From assembly GCF_964213995.1 (NCBI RefSeq), contig NC_135801.1, positions 11,222,001 through 11,286,000 of the forward strand: a stretch of DNA of 64,000 nucleotides. The letters run 5' to 3'. Source of the stretch: Mustelus asterias (Eukaryota). Of this stretch, positions 48,242-62,200 are shown piece after piece. The notes beneath the pieces are model-generated. The model made no database searches, was not told where the DNA came from, and was given only the letters and a program-made list of their open reading frames with translations. The stretch's first letter is position 1, and every line of letters begins with the position of its first letter. The position numbers and the translations under genes were made by a program.

Positions 48242-50615
48242 GGGCAGCACGATGGCACAGTGGTCAGCACTGCTGTCTCGCAGCGTCAGGGACCCGAGTT
48301 CAATTCCAGCCTCGGGTCACTGTCTGTGTGGAGTCTGCACGTTCTCCCCATGTCTGCATGAGTTTCCTCCAGGTGCTCCGGTTTCTTCCCACAGTGCGAA
48401 AGACGTGCTGGTTAGGTGGATTGGCCATGCTAAATTCTCCCTCAGTGTACCTGAACAGGCGCCAGAGTGGGGTGACTAGGGGATTTTCACAGTAATTTTG
48501 TTGCAGTGTTAATGTAAGCCTACTTGTGACAATAATGAATAAACTTTAAAACTTTGAACAGGCACTGGAGTGTGATTTTGACAGTAATTTCAATGCAGTG
48601 TTAATGTAAGCCCACTTGTGACACTAGTAAATAAACAAATATGTGCGCAAGTATGCCTTGATAATAGATGTTAGCTATCGATCTGTGTTAGATGTGTGTA
48701 GATTTGTGACTGTTAGGAAGCTAGGTGTTTCAAGTTCACTGCAGTGCAATATTAAGGGAGTGCTACACTGTTGGAAGTGCTGACTGTCAGATGAAACATT
48801 GGACCACCCTTGTCATTGTCTGCTCCCTCTCTGGCAAATATAAAAGATCCCATGGTGCAATTTGAAGAAGTTTTCTCCGCAATGGCCTTGCCAATACACC
48901 AACCAAAATCACAAAGAGAGATTATCTGGTCATTATCACATTGCTGTTTGTGCCTCCCAAGTTGGCAGTCACACATCTGATGTTGTAACAGTGAAGTACT
49001 TCAGGACATTCTGAAATTGGGAAAAGCACTGAATAAATGTACATATTTCTTTTGGAACACTCCAGCACCTAGAAGAAGAAGAAATTATCATAGAAACCCT
49101 ACAGTACAGAAAGAGGCCATTCGGCCCATCGAGTCTGCACCGACCACAATCCCACCCAGGCCCTACCCCCTACAAATATCCCTACATATTTTACCCACTA
49201 ATCCCTCTAACCTACACATCTCAGGACACTAAGGGCAATTTTTAGCATGGCCAATCAACCTAACCCGCACATCTTTGGAGTGTGGGAGGAAACCGGAGCA
49301 CCCGGAGGAAACCCATGCAGACACGAGGAGAATGTGCAAACTCCACACAGACAGTGACCCAAGCCGGGAATCGAACCCAGGTCCCTGGAGCTGTGAAGCA
49401 GCAGTGCTAACCACTGTGCTACCGTGCCGTGTCCCACCTAATCTTCAACCTCTAGTTTATCACTATTGTGGATATGTGGTTAAATTTTTATATTTATTCA
49501 CGGTATGTGGGCATCGCTGGCAAGGCCAGTAATTAGTGCTCATCCTTGAGAAGGTGATGGTGAGCAGTTTTCTTGAATTATATTGGGCAACACAATGGCA
49601 CCGTGGTTAGCACTGCTGCCTCACAACGCCAGGGACTCGGGTTCAATTCCGGCCTTGGGTGATTGTAGTGGAGTCTGCATGTTCTCCCTGTGTCTGCGTG
49701 GGTTCCCTCCGGGTGCTCTGGTTTTGTCCCACAGCTGAAAGATGTGCAGATTAGGTGGATGGGCCATAATAAATTGCCCCTCAGTGTCCCAAAATGTGTA
49801 GATTAGGGGGATTAGCGGGGTAAATACATAGGGTTATGGGGATAGGGCAGGGGAGAGGACCTGTGTAAAATACTCTGTCAGCGAGTCGGTGCAGATTCGA
49901 TGGGCATTGTAGGGACCCTATGATTCTATTATTATGATTCCATGTTGTGTAGGTATAGCTACAGAGCTGTTAGGGAGGGAGTTCCAGGATTTGACCCAGC
50001 AACAGTGAAGGAACGGTGATGTATTTCCACATCAGAATGGTGCCTTTTGAGATTCCCTCATATAGTTCTGCCAAAGGGGCAATCAACATGGTCAATTCAA
50101 GATATGCCTTGGGCTAAATTAAAGTTCAGCAAATAAAATCTCAATTATAGCTTCTTCATGAGATAAGCCACAAATGTTTTTCTCAAATCCTTAGACTGAA
50201 GTCTGTGCTCAAGAAAAAAATATCGGGTGGAAGTTCAAATAAAGTAAAGCTTATTTATTAGTCACAAGTATCATAGAATCATAGGAATCCTACAGTGCAG
50301 AAAGAGGCCATTTGGTCCATCGAGTCTGCACCGACCACAATCCCACCCAGGCCCTACCCCCATATCCCTCCATATTTACCCACCAATCTCTCTAACCTAT
50401 GCATCTCAGGACACTAAGGGGCAATTTTAACCTGGCCAATCAACCTAACCCGCACATCTTTGGACTGTGGGAGGAAACCGGAGCACCCGGAGGAAACCCA
50501 CGCAGACACGAGGAGAATGTGCAAACTCCACACAGACAGCGACCCAAGCCGGGAATCGAACCTGGGTCACTGGAGCTGTGAAGCAGCAGTGCTAACCACT
50601 GTGCCACCATGCCAT
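48242..50615. mobile_element. Intergenic cluster of four HE1 SINEs: 48242-48555 (+), 49087-49430 (-), 49585-49930 (+), 50271-50615 (-)
   Basis: HE1 pattern matches. Confidence 0.85.
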
Positions 50616-51934
50616 GATAAAATGGGTATATTAGAATCAAATCAGGGACAGAAAGAGAAATAAAGAGGAAAAGAATGACTGAGATTCCTTCGCAGATATT
50701 AACGATCAGCAGATTGCTGACATGGTATCACACTATCAATTATTAGACTTTATTGTGCAATTAATTTGAAAACCCAGCTGACCTTGGGGGTTACCATTGA
50801 TCAGAAACTAAACTGGACTTGTTTAATGTGGCTACAAGAGCAGGTCTGAGGTTAGGAAGTGGGTAACTTACTTACTGATTCCGCAAGAATAAGTCAGGAG
50901 TGTGATGGAATACTCTTTCCTTACTGGTTGAGTGCATCTCCAACAACACTCAAGAAGCTCGACACCTTCCAGGGCAAAGCAATCCACTCGATTGCTATCA
51001 CTTCCACAAGCATTCACTCCCTCCACCATCGACGAACGGTGGCAGGTGTGTCTACCATCCACAAGATGCACTCCAGGAATTCACCAAGGCTTCTTAGGCA
51101 GCACCTTCCAAACCCACGAGTGCTACCATCTGGGAGAATATGAGCGGCAGATACCTGGGAACACCACCCATCTGAAAGTTCTCCTCCAAGCCGCTCACCA
51201 TCCCAGTCTGGAACTATACCATCATTCCTTCACTGCCACTGGGTCAAAATCCTGGCATTCTCTTCCTAACAGCACCGAGGGTGAACCAAATGCAGCGGTT
51301 CAAGAAGGCAGCTCACCACCACCTTCTCAACAGATACTAGGGATGGGTGATAAATGCTGGTCTCGCCAGCAATGTCCATATCCCATAAATGAATAGAAAA
51401 ATAAAGTTCTTATTAATAACGGGGAGGCTAAGGGAGGATTGATGTTTATGCAAAGCAAATTGGAGCACTATAAATTGTCCAGCGAGTTACGAAGATTTGC
51501 ACTTGCCGCATTTCTCTGGATCACCTTAACTTTTGGGCCGATTTGCACATTAATAACAGCATGCATCATTCACACATGGCTATTTATTCACAAGTTTCAA
51601 CCCATTGCTTAGCAACTCTATCCTAGACTGCTTGCAAAGGTGTTAAAAATACTCCAATAGTTCCTTCTGAACTGTAGGGATTCAATGAATAAAACAGAGG
51701 AGTGACAGGTCTTTGCCTTGGCAATGCCACATGAAGAGGTGGCAAGGGAAATGCGATGGTGCATCTATTTTTGAGGTGCCCTCATAGGGGTGGCAAGGAG
51801 TTGTTTGTTTTTGGCAGTTCCAAGCAGCTCATTGGGAAGCTTTCAGTTAGAGGGCAGTTGAGACACAGCCATGCCCGGCATGAGAACTAGTTGTCCCAAC
51901 AGGCCTCCCTGCCATTTTACTGCCTATGGTATTC

Positions 51935-52092
51935 ATGATGTGGAGATGCCGGCATTGGACTGGGGTGAACACAGTAAGAAGTCTCACAACACCAGGTTAA
52001 AGTCCAACAGGTTTATTGGTATTAATGGTTAATGGTATTTGCTACCAAATAAACCTGTTGGACTTTAACCTGGTGTTGTGAGACTTCTTACT
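51935..52092. mobile_element. Penelope-like palindromic remnant
   Basis: Perfect 45-bp inverted arms at 51973-52017 and 52048-52092. Confidence 0.7.
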
Positions 52093-52364
52093 ATTTGCTG
52101 CCTCCCAGGGGAGGCACAAACCACGACCCAGGGGCTGGTTAAAAAAAAACACTGCCCATTGTTTAGTGCTCACTTTCAAAAGGGCACTGGACAATATTTT
52201 AAAACCAAAAAGTATGCAGGGGTATGGGGAAAGAACAGGGATGTAGCCAACTGGATACCATGATGGGCTGAATGGCCCTTTTCTCTGCTGTATGATATGG
52301 TTTCGAGATCAGAGCACAGGTCAGTTCCTGTAACAAACCAAATCCTGCTTTACAGCATGGCCGT

Positions 52365-52617
52365 TTCCCCGCTTGGGTCACTGTCTGTGCGAAGTCTGCA
52401 CGTTCTCCCCGTGTCTGCGTGGGTTTCCTCCGGGTGCTCTGGTTTCCTCCCACACTCTGAAAGGTGCAGTGGTTAGGGTGCATTGGCCGTGCTAAATTCA
52501 CCCTCAGTGTACCCGAACAGGCGCCGGAGTGTGGCGACGAGGGGATTTTCACAGTAACATCATTGCCGTGTTAATGTAAGCCTACTTGTGACACTAATAA
52601 ATAAACTTTTAACTTTA
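52365..52617 (+). mobile_element. 5'-truncated HE1-type SINE (tail B)
   Basis: HE1 pattern match. Confidence 0.85.
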
Positions 52618-52740
52618 GCTCCAACCGCTCTGTAATAACAGTAGACTGGCTTCCTCCTTGATTCAGTGTTTCTTGTTTATATGTCATCAGCTGTCACCTT
52701 TCAGCAGATTCATTCCACATTCATGATGCGGCTAGCGGTT

Positions 52741-52755
52741 CAGTTTCGGTTTCAG
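52741..52755 (+). promoter_or_regulatory. ISRE (interferon-stimulated response element)
   Basis: CAGTTTCGGTTTCAG matches AGTTTCNNTTTC, about 350 bp upstream of the gene 2 ATG. Confidence 0.8.
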
Positions 52756-52788
52756 TTGCCTTTCATCACTCTGCAACAACAAATGTTG

Positions 52789-52802
52789 GGAAACGGAAAG
52801 TG
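52789..52802 (+). promoter_or_regulatory. IRF-binding element
   Basis: GGAAACGGAAAGTG matches GAAANNGAAA. Confidence 0.7.
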
Positions 52803-52892
52803 ATGGGTGCAGAGGAAAGGGCACTTCCCAAAACAATCCGGGTCTTGTTGCCATTGGCTCGCACCGTTGGTTCAGAGGCGGAGCCAGAGAAA

Positions 52893-52902
52893 GGGAATTC
52901 CC
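52893..52902. promoter_or_regulatory. NF-kB site
   Basis: Palindromic GGGAATTCCC, near a GC-box-like GAGGCGGAGC (52875) and an inverted CCAAT (ATTGG, 52853). Confidence 0.7.
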
Positions 52903-53101
52903 CAAATAAACAAATACATTGTGTGTCAGAGACAGAGAGTGTCAGAGGCAGCCACAGTGAATCTGCAGCTACAGAAAAGGAGCCACTTTATCTGTCTGGC
53001 AGCTAAGTCTCTGCGGTGAATAGAGTTCTCTCTCTCTCTCTGGTTTGAAAGAGGAATAATTTCGAGGAGCTCAGTGCTCAGAGACAGAGACAGAGAGGAA
53101 G

Positions 53102-53282
53102 ATGTTGCATTGGGGGGAGCTGGGCTCAAAGATCCGGCACAAACCCGCCTCACAGACAGTGGATGTTTTCCAAGAGGAGAGAACTCAGCATGTTTGCAGC
53201 CGGGACACAGTCACTGTGTTTGTGTCGGAAAATGGAAAAGTTTACACCAGCGTCCGTGTGCGGAAGAGGAGAACAGAACCTG
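53102..53282 (+). CDS. Gene 2 exon 1 (start codon)
   Basis: aagATG; MLHWGELG...VCSRDTVTVFVSENGKVYT...EP|gtgag. Confidence 0.8.
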
Positions 53283-56200
53283 GTGAGCAAACCCTGTCTG
53301 CAATAGGAAAGAGAATGTTTTAAAATTAAATTATTATTGCTAACATTGACACACATGACAATGTATTAATTTAGACATATTAAAGTGTTCAGAGTTTGGA
53401 ACAAACTCTATATTTGATAGAGATCCTGTATTATCTATATAAGTTTCTTGTGTGACTCTTGTTAAAGTCTGGTATTTCTTCCAAACAGATTGGCATCAGG
53501 AATTGTATTTAATGTTTAATTTAATGTTTCTGCGTTTCCCCCGCATTGCATTCATCTTCAATGTGGTTGTGGTTTGGGTTAGAATCTGGGTGATGATTCT
53601 AATGTGTGAGTACAGTGTCTGGGGGTGAAATGCTGGATTTATCCAGAGCGGTGCAGTTTCGTTTCCCTTCATTCTCTCCTCCCCTTCCCCACCCCAAACA
53701 ACTCTGTCCGTTTGATTTTGCTCACTTTCAGTTTCATTTCTCTCAGTCACAGTGAGAGCAGCAGCAACACTGAGCCTGGCTCGGAATAGAAACCTTAAAC
53801 CCATTAACCCAATACTTGTAAAACCAACACACACCATTGGCAGGAAAAGCTTGGTTAACTGAGTGGATCTTGCTGCGAGTTTCATTAAGGAGCATTGTAT
53901 TATTATTGGAGGAGACAAGTTGACCAGGAGAGAGAATATTTTAATACCGACCTCATTTTTTATCTGAATTGTTTTAATGTAAATTTTACATGATTTAAAA
54001 TTGCCCCCTTTTAAAAAATGTTGCTTTCTCGCTCACTTAACTTCCTGCAGCCAATTGCTATTCAATCAAAAGTGAATTGACTGTAGTGCATAACAGGGTG
54101 GCATGGTGGCATAGTGGTTAGCACTGCTGCCTCACAGCTCCAGGGAATCGGGGTTCGATTCCCGGCTTGGGTCACTGTCTGTGTGGAGTCTGCACGTTCT
54201 CTTTGTGTTTGCGTGGGTTTCCTCCGGGTGCTCCGGTTTCCTCCCACGATCCAAAGATGTGCTAGTTAGTTGCATTGGCCATGCTAAATTCTCCCTCAGT
54301 GTACCCGAACAGGTGGCGACGAGAGGATTTTCAGAGTAACTTCATTGCAGTGTTAATGTAAGCCACTTGTGGCTAATAAATAAACTTTACTTTTTATTTC
54401 TTGCTGTCAACTATTACTCCCATTGTCAGAGAAGCTGTAAAGTGACAGTTACATTTTGGCACAAGCAGCAGATTGAGTTAAAGTTTATTTATTAGTCACA
54501 AGTAAGGCTTACATTAACACTGCAATGAAGTTACTGTGAAATTCCCCTAGTCGCCACATTCCGGCACCTGTTCAGGTCAATGCACCTAACCAGCGCGTCT
54601 TCCAGAATGTGGAGGAAACCGGAGGAAACTCACACAGACACACACAGGGAGGACGTGCAGACTCCGCACAGACAGTGACCCAAGCCGGGAATCGAACCCA
54701 GGTCCCTGGCGCTGTGAGGCAGCAGTGCTAACCACTGTGCCACCGTGCTGCAGAAGCAGCTGGTAACTTTCAAGCTTTAGGTATAGAGAGCCTCATGTAA
54801 CTGGGACATTCTGAGGAACAGGTTTGATTACTGAGCAAAAGAGGAGGAGGAGATGAATTCCAAATGGGAAATGTTTCTTTTATGAATATCCTTACCTCGA
54901 TGAACGCAAAGTCAGCAACTGGATAGTCAGAAGCTTTTCCCTAGGGTGGAAGAGTCAATTACTAGGCGGCATTGGTTTAAGGCCTGAGGGGCAAGGTTTA
55001 AAGGAGATGTAAGAGGCAAGTTTTTTTACAAAGAGGGTGGTGGGTGCCTGGAACTCGCTGCCGGGGGAGGTAGTGGAAGCAGATACGATAGTAACCTTTA
55101 AGGGACGTCTTGACAAATACATGAATAGGATGGGAATAGAAGGATATGGTCCCCGGAAGGTTGGGGGGGTTTTGGTTCAGACGGACAGCATGGTCGGTGC
55201 AGGCTTGGAGGGCCGAAGGGCCTGTTCCTGTGCTGTAATTTTCTTTGTTCTATTATTTTGGTGAGAGGTGGGAGTTGAAAAGTTCACACTAGGGTTTACA
55301 AGTGTGTAAACTGCTGTTAGTGGCTAACAGCTTTTTCATGTGGTTTCGCTGCATGAATTGATAGGGACAGGGTTAGACTGACCAGCCCCTGAAATGTGTT
55401 CCACCATTCAGTTAGATGACCGCTGATCTGTACCTCAATTATATTTACTCAACTATTCCACAATACCCTTACCTACTAAAATTCATCAATCTCTGTCTTG
55501 GAAATTTTAATTGACTTAACAACCACAACCTATTGGGAGTAGAGTTCCAAATCTCTACTACTCATTGTTTAAGAAGTGCTTCCTCATTTCACACATAAAT
55601 GGCCTGAATCTGTTCATGACCCGTACTCAACTGAATCTTTTAAACTTTGGCATATTTCCAATGAAGTGATCACTGTTGCGACAGCTCCATTTGCAAGTAA
55701 ATCAACAGCAGCAAGACACAACTTCTCCTTTGAATTAGTTGGTATATTCTTTGCATAGATTTTTTTTACATTCGCTGCTGGAATCCAGGTGTCACTGAGG
55801 AAGGCTGACAATCATGGTACATTGTTGTCCTGCGAATGCGCCGCTGAGTCATGTTTTGACATGACTGTGTAGTAGCTCTCTGGGCTATTTCAGTGTCAAC
55901 CACATTGGTGTGGGACTGGAGTCACTTATATAAATTGCCTCTTAGTGTCCAGGGATGTGTGGGCCAGATGGATTAGCCATGGGAAACGTGTGGGGTTGCG
56001 AGGATGAGGGCTTGGATAAGATACTCAGTCAGAGAGTCAGTGCAGACTTGTTGGGCAGAATGGCCTCTTCTGCACTGTAGGGATTCTATGATATAGACAA
56101 GCTATGGACAGCAGGTCTCCTTCCCTAAACTACTTTAGAGAATCAGATGGGTTTTGACAATCAAACAGCGTCATGGTAACCAATTTTTAAAACTGAATTC

Positions 56201-59200
56201 AAATTCTCAAGCGCTAATGGTGGGATTTCAATTCTCATTCTCTGGATTATTAATCTAGTCACATAACCGTTGTACCACCAAATCCTTAAATATTAACACT
56301 GTGTTTACATTCTTTTCCTGCAGGACAATTTATTCACTTCAAGAAACAAAAGATCTACTTTGCGGACAGCGGAATGTCCCACATCCTGTTTCTCTCTACA
56401 ACAGGAAGTCTTTTTTGTAGTAAAATTAAATCAAAGGAAACTGTAGCTAAAACAAAAGAATTTCCCATAATGGAACCACAGTAAGTTAAATAAATCAATT
56501 AAAATAATAAACCACACTTTATGCACTTTACAGCAGGCATTACATTAGTCTGGCGGTTTTTAAGGATTAAAAAAATGATGCTTTTGTTTGATTCTGCGCA
56601 ATGGTAATTAAATTGAGTTGTTGACTAAATAGATGTCAGAAGTAATGATAGAATTTCGCCCTTCGATCCCAACAGGTGCAAGGATATTATTGTCAAAATT
56701 GTAATAAAAACAGAAAATGCTGGAAAGTCTCAGCAGGTCTGGCAACACCCGTGGAGAGAGAACAGCACTAACGTTTCTGGTTGCCACATTACAGGAAGGA
56801 TGTGGAGGTTTGGAGAGGGTGCCGAAAAGGTTTACCAGGTTGTTGCCTGGATTAGAGGGTCCGAGCTATAAGAAGAGGCTGGAGAAATGAGAGTTGCGTT
56901 CTATGGAGCGGCGGGGGCCGAGGGGAGACCTGATAGAAGTCTATAAAATTATGAGAGGCATAGATGGGGTTGACAGTTGGTATCTTTTTTCCAGAGTTGA
57001 AATACCTAATACTAAGGGGCATACACTTAAGGTGAGAGGGGAAAATTCAAAGGAGATGTGAAGGGCAAGTTTTTTACACAGAGAGTGGTAGGAGTCTTGA
57101 ATGTGCTGCCAGGGGTGGTGGTGGAGGCAGATACGATAGGGGCGTTTAAGGGGCTTTTAGATAAGCACATGAATATGCAAGGAATGGAGAGATATGGACC
57201 AAGGGCAGGCAGAAGAGATTAGTTTAATTTCAAGCCTGGATGACTCAGTTTTTGATTTGATTTGATTTATTATTGTCACATGTATTAGTATACAGTGAAA
57301 AGTATTATTTCTTGCGCGCTATACAAACAAAGCATACCATTCATAGAGAAGGAAATGAGAGAGCGCAGAATGTGGTGTTATAGCTAGGGTGTAGAGAGCA
57401 TTGTTAGAGAGTTTAAAAGAGTTAGACTTAATTTTAGAAGCATAGAACGAGAGTAAAAGATAGAATTAGAAGGTATGCTGGGCACAGCTTGCGACAAGCC
57501 GCCTCACTCCGGCGCCATCTTGAAAAAGAAATTCTATTCTCTCTCCACAGATTCTGTCAGACCTGCTGAAACTTTCCAACATTTTCAGTTTTTGTTTCAG
57601 ATTCAAGCATCTGTAGTAATTTGCTTTTGTCAAAATTGTAATGTCTCACTTGAAAGACAGTGCTGCACTCCACTGAAGGGTCAGGTTTGATTACGTGCTG
57701 AAGTCTCCAGGGTGGGACTTGAACCATAAACCTCAAAATCAGGAGGCAAGAATGCTACCAGCTGAACCAAGACTGACTTGCTAGGGCGGATTTGGCTATT
57801 GATTACCCAGTGGCCTATCTCTGATAAACTATAATATCCCGTAGGTTCTGTAGTTGTTCAGATTGTTAATGTAGAGATACAAAGACAAGAGCCTATAGTT
57901 GCATCCTGAAGTCCAATGTTAACAAGAACAAAGAACAGTACAGCACAGGAACAGGCCCTTCGGCCCTCCAAGCCTGCGCTCATCACGTTTACCTATCTAA
58001 ATCAACCGCTTATATCCCTCTATTCTCCGTTTGTTCATATGCCTGTTCATATAACATGCTATAACTTCCATTAAAACATTACAAAATAGCCTCTTATAAA
58101 ATGAATTAGATGTATTTAGGAGAGATTTATGTATGATGTGTCATTATGTTTATGCTTTGTTTATGTTTAGGTTACTTAAGGGTTTGAGTACCAGAAATAT
58201 AATTCAAGTGGCTTGTGGAAACAATCACTCACTGGCACTGTCGAAAGGTATGAGTTAAGCTAAAATATATTTGTTGTAACTTAATCACAAATAGATTAAA
58301 ATTAAGAAGCTGTGGACCTAGCCGTGTTGTACCAGGCCTGAGTTTAGCATGATATGTAACATGATTGTCATATCCATGGTTAATATTGGGATGTTTGCAT
58401 TTCGTCAAATACCGAATTGGCAACAAAAGCCAAGCCATTAAGTAAATCAAACTTGAAAAAAACATCCTTCTGTTTAATATTTTCCTAATTTACCTCAGTG
58501 AGAAACTGAGAAGGAATCGGAACGTATTGTCAGTTTTTTGTAACGCCATCTACTTGGTCATACTTATCACTGAACAAATGTGTCAGGAACACACTTTTGC
58601 TTCTGGCTCAGAAGATTGTGGCTTCAAATCCCACCTCAGGACTTATGCACAGAAGAATCAAGGCTGTCACTCCAGTACAGTACTGAAGGAATATCCAAGT
58701 TGCCTTTGGCCTTCAACATGAGAAGGATCAGCTCAGTATATTTCTATCCCTGGGATATGGGCATTGCTGGCACATCTCATCTTTACTTGCCCTGATGTAA
58801 TGATTTGGCACAGTTGAGTGGGTTCCAACGCCACTTCAGAGAGCAATGGGGGGGCGATGGCCTAGTGGTATTATCGCTAGACTATTAATCCAGAAACTCA
58901 GCTAATGTTCTGGGGACCCGGGTTCCCGTTTGGGGGGAATGGGAGCAAAGATTATGGGGCGAAAGCAGGATTAGGCTATTGAGTTGGACAATCAGCCATG
59001 ATCGTGATGTTTAGCAGAGCAGGCTCGAAGGGCCAAATGGCCTCCTCTTGCTCCTATCATCTATGTTTCTATGTTTCAAATCCTGCCACAGCAGATGGGG
59101 AATTTGAATTCAGTAAAAAATATCTGGAATTAAGAATCTACTGATGACCATGAAACCATTGTCGATTTTCAGAAAAACTCATCCGGTTCACTAATGTCCT

Positions 59201-62200
59201 TCAGAGAAGGAAATCTGTTGTCCTTACCTGGTCTGACCTACATGGGACTCCAAAGCCACAGCAATGTGGTTGACTCTCAATTGTTCTCGGGCAACTAGGA
59301 ATGGGCAATGAATGCTGACCAGCCAGTGACACCCATGTCCCACGAATGAATTTAAAAAAATCAACAGATCTACATATTTGTTTAAAATGGATTCAAATTT
59401 TCAAATTGCCCTGTTGGGATTTGAACTCACAGTTGGAAAAGGAGCTTGATATTACTCGGCTGTCAGAAAGAGATAATCAAGAACAATGTCCATCCATCAA
59501 TCTCTTCTGTTCTGCCCGAGGGCAGGTGTTAACTCAAGCCCTGCACACATGACTTTTGAGCCATCTACGCAGGAGTTTACCATCCTGAGGCCCAAAGAAC
59601 GTACCTGTTCCTGGAATCCAGGGTGTTCAGCGCTGGGGACTGATTGCAGTTCCACTCCTGTCCAGTAACGTTTCTGGTGATGCAGAGACTAGAGAGCTGT
59701 CACCCAAGCAGATTGGCTGGGAGCTCGCTTCTGGTGGGACTTCCTCCTGAGCGAGTGGTGGAAATTCCACTTGAAGCCAGTTAAGGCTTGTTGGAGCGTG
59801 AAATCGCTGCGGGACAAACACTGTTGTCGGGGAACTGGATGCGGGAAGGGAAAGCCCACCAAACTAAAAATCCTGACCCACATACTAGTCTCTACTTAGC
59901 GGGGCTGTCCAGAGTGGTACACACACACTTCACCTTCTGATTCAAAGCTGTGTGTATCACTGAGCGGAATAGTGTATATTGAAGTATATGTACTGCAAGA
60001 GAAATGGTTTGTTGGCCATTTATGACTTAATATTTAATACCCTGAACATTATCCATATCCAATACAGTATAGACATTGACCTAAAGTCGAAACCAGTTTT
60101 TGTATTTCTCAGTCTCATTGTAAGAGTTAAACATAATCATTTCAAACCTGAAGTAATTTTTTTCTCAAATGTCTTTTGCTGAAAGATGGTGAAATCTTTG
60201 CCTGGGGACAGAACACTTACGGCCAGCTCGGTCTTGGTACACAGGAAGCCTCCCAGAGCGTCCCTCAGAGTGTGATATCTCTCACTGGGATGCCAGTGGC
60301 TCAGATCACTGCAGGAGGGGAACACAGCTTCGCCCTGTCTCTCTCAGGTGCCGTCTTCGGTTGGGGAAGGAACAATCACGGGCAGCTGGGGCTTAAGGAC
60401 ACAGAAGGTAAGAAAGTTTCCAAGAACTATTGCCCTTCCTTACCCTTTATGCTGCTTCCATTAACAAAGCCTGGCATCCTGTCCAAAAGGAGAGAATAAT
60501 TTAACGATCGGATTTGCAGTCAGTGGCATTATATCTGAAATAGCCAGGTGGTGAAGGATAGCACCAGAGTCAAATCATTACACTCATCGTAGCTTTTATT
60601 TACAGAGATACATTTTAAAAATGTGCACTTCCAAACACAAGCAGCACAGTGGCACAGTGGTTAGCACTTCTGCTTCAAAGTGCCAGAGGCTGGGGTTCGA
60701 TTCACAGCTTGGGTCACCGCCTGTGCGGTGTCTGCATGTTCTCCCCGTCTCTGCGTGGGTTTCCTCCGGGTGCTCCAGATTCCACCCACAGTCCAAAAGA
60801 CGTGCTGGTTAGGCACATTGGCTGTGCTACATTCTCCCTCAGTGTACCCGAACAGGCGCCGGAGTGTGGCGACTGGGGGATTTTCACAGTAACTTCATTG
60901 CAGTGTTAATATAAGTCTACTTGTGACACTAATACTTAAACACACAGTTCCAGTCCGTTCGTATATGTAGGGTCTATCAGCATCTATAGAGAGAGAAACT
61001 GAGTTAACGTTTCGAGTCCAATATAACTCCTCTTCAGGACATTTCAGACCACTCCGATGTGACAGCTGTGAGATTCAATGTGTTGAGATATCACTCCTCA
61101 ATACTGTGTACCATTGAGGTTCAAGGTTACATACTGGGTAAATAATGTGGTGCCCATCAATACATGCAGTTGGATCAAATGTGTAATCGTCACCCGATAC
61201 AGTGTGACCGGGTTTCACTCCTCAGGCTGCAGTTATCTGTACAAGCGTTTTTTCTGGGTTCAGCAGCTGGCCAAAAGATTGGGACAGAAAATCCTCAATC
61301 TTGCTCACTGTTCTGTATTGAGAAAGCCAGATGTGGACCAGTTGAATGTTTTGTTTTAACATTTACATAACACCGATATGTCTGATTCTGAACTCTCAAT
61401 GGTTTGTCAGTTTAATTTCTGTGGTCTTTCTCAATCTGGGTGCTCATTGTTAGACTTCCTACATTTCTTCAACCAAGCCCACACAAACTGCAGAAAATAT
61501 TGCATCTTCTTGCTCTTCTGAGTCTTTGCTTTGAACTTTTCCTTCAGAATAATTGGATTTCATTTGTCCTCGACTCACATGTTTATATTCAGTTTTAAAG
61601 TCCCGTGCGCACCAGACATTCATCGTCACAGCGCTTTTTTACTCAACCCATTCCGAAATAGACTCATAACACAGAATGGTTTACAATAGAATAAATATTA
61701 TCCCCTCACATCACACCCAGGCTGAATGAGTGTTTCTAACACTCCCTGGACTGACGTTTACAACAATATCAAGTGCAATAAAGTCAGAATCATTATACCC
61801 TTAACTCAGTTAATAACGTTTACATGCAATCTTCATGATTAAAAATCTTCTTGTTCTGCACCATACTTTGGAAAAGGGGGAGGAATGTGAGTTGATTTCT
61901 CTTTCCATCCTTCTTACAGATAGATATGAACCCAACCACGTGAAGCTGTTGGAGTGTAAGAAGACCATCCATATCTCTTGTGGGGAAGAGCACACTGCTG
62001 TCCTGACAAAGGTTTGTTCAGGAAGAATTTGTCATTAGAATCTCAATCATTCCTTATTGGGATGGGAGATAGCCGCCATTGTAATTACAACCACTGCTTT
62101 TTACCCTTGGTGCAGCCCACCTAGGGCATAGCCTGATTAAAAACTGTGAGGTAAGTGGCAAGGTGGCACAGTGGTTAGCACTGCTGCCTCACAGCGCCAG

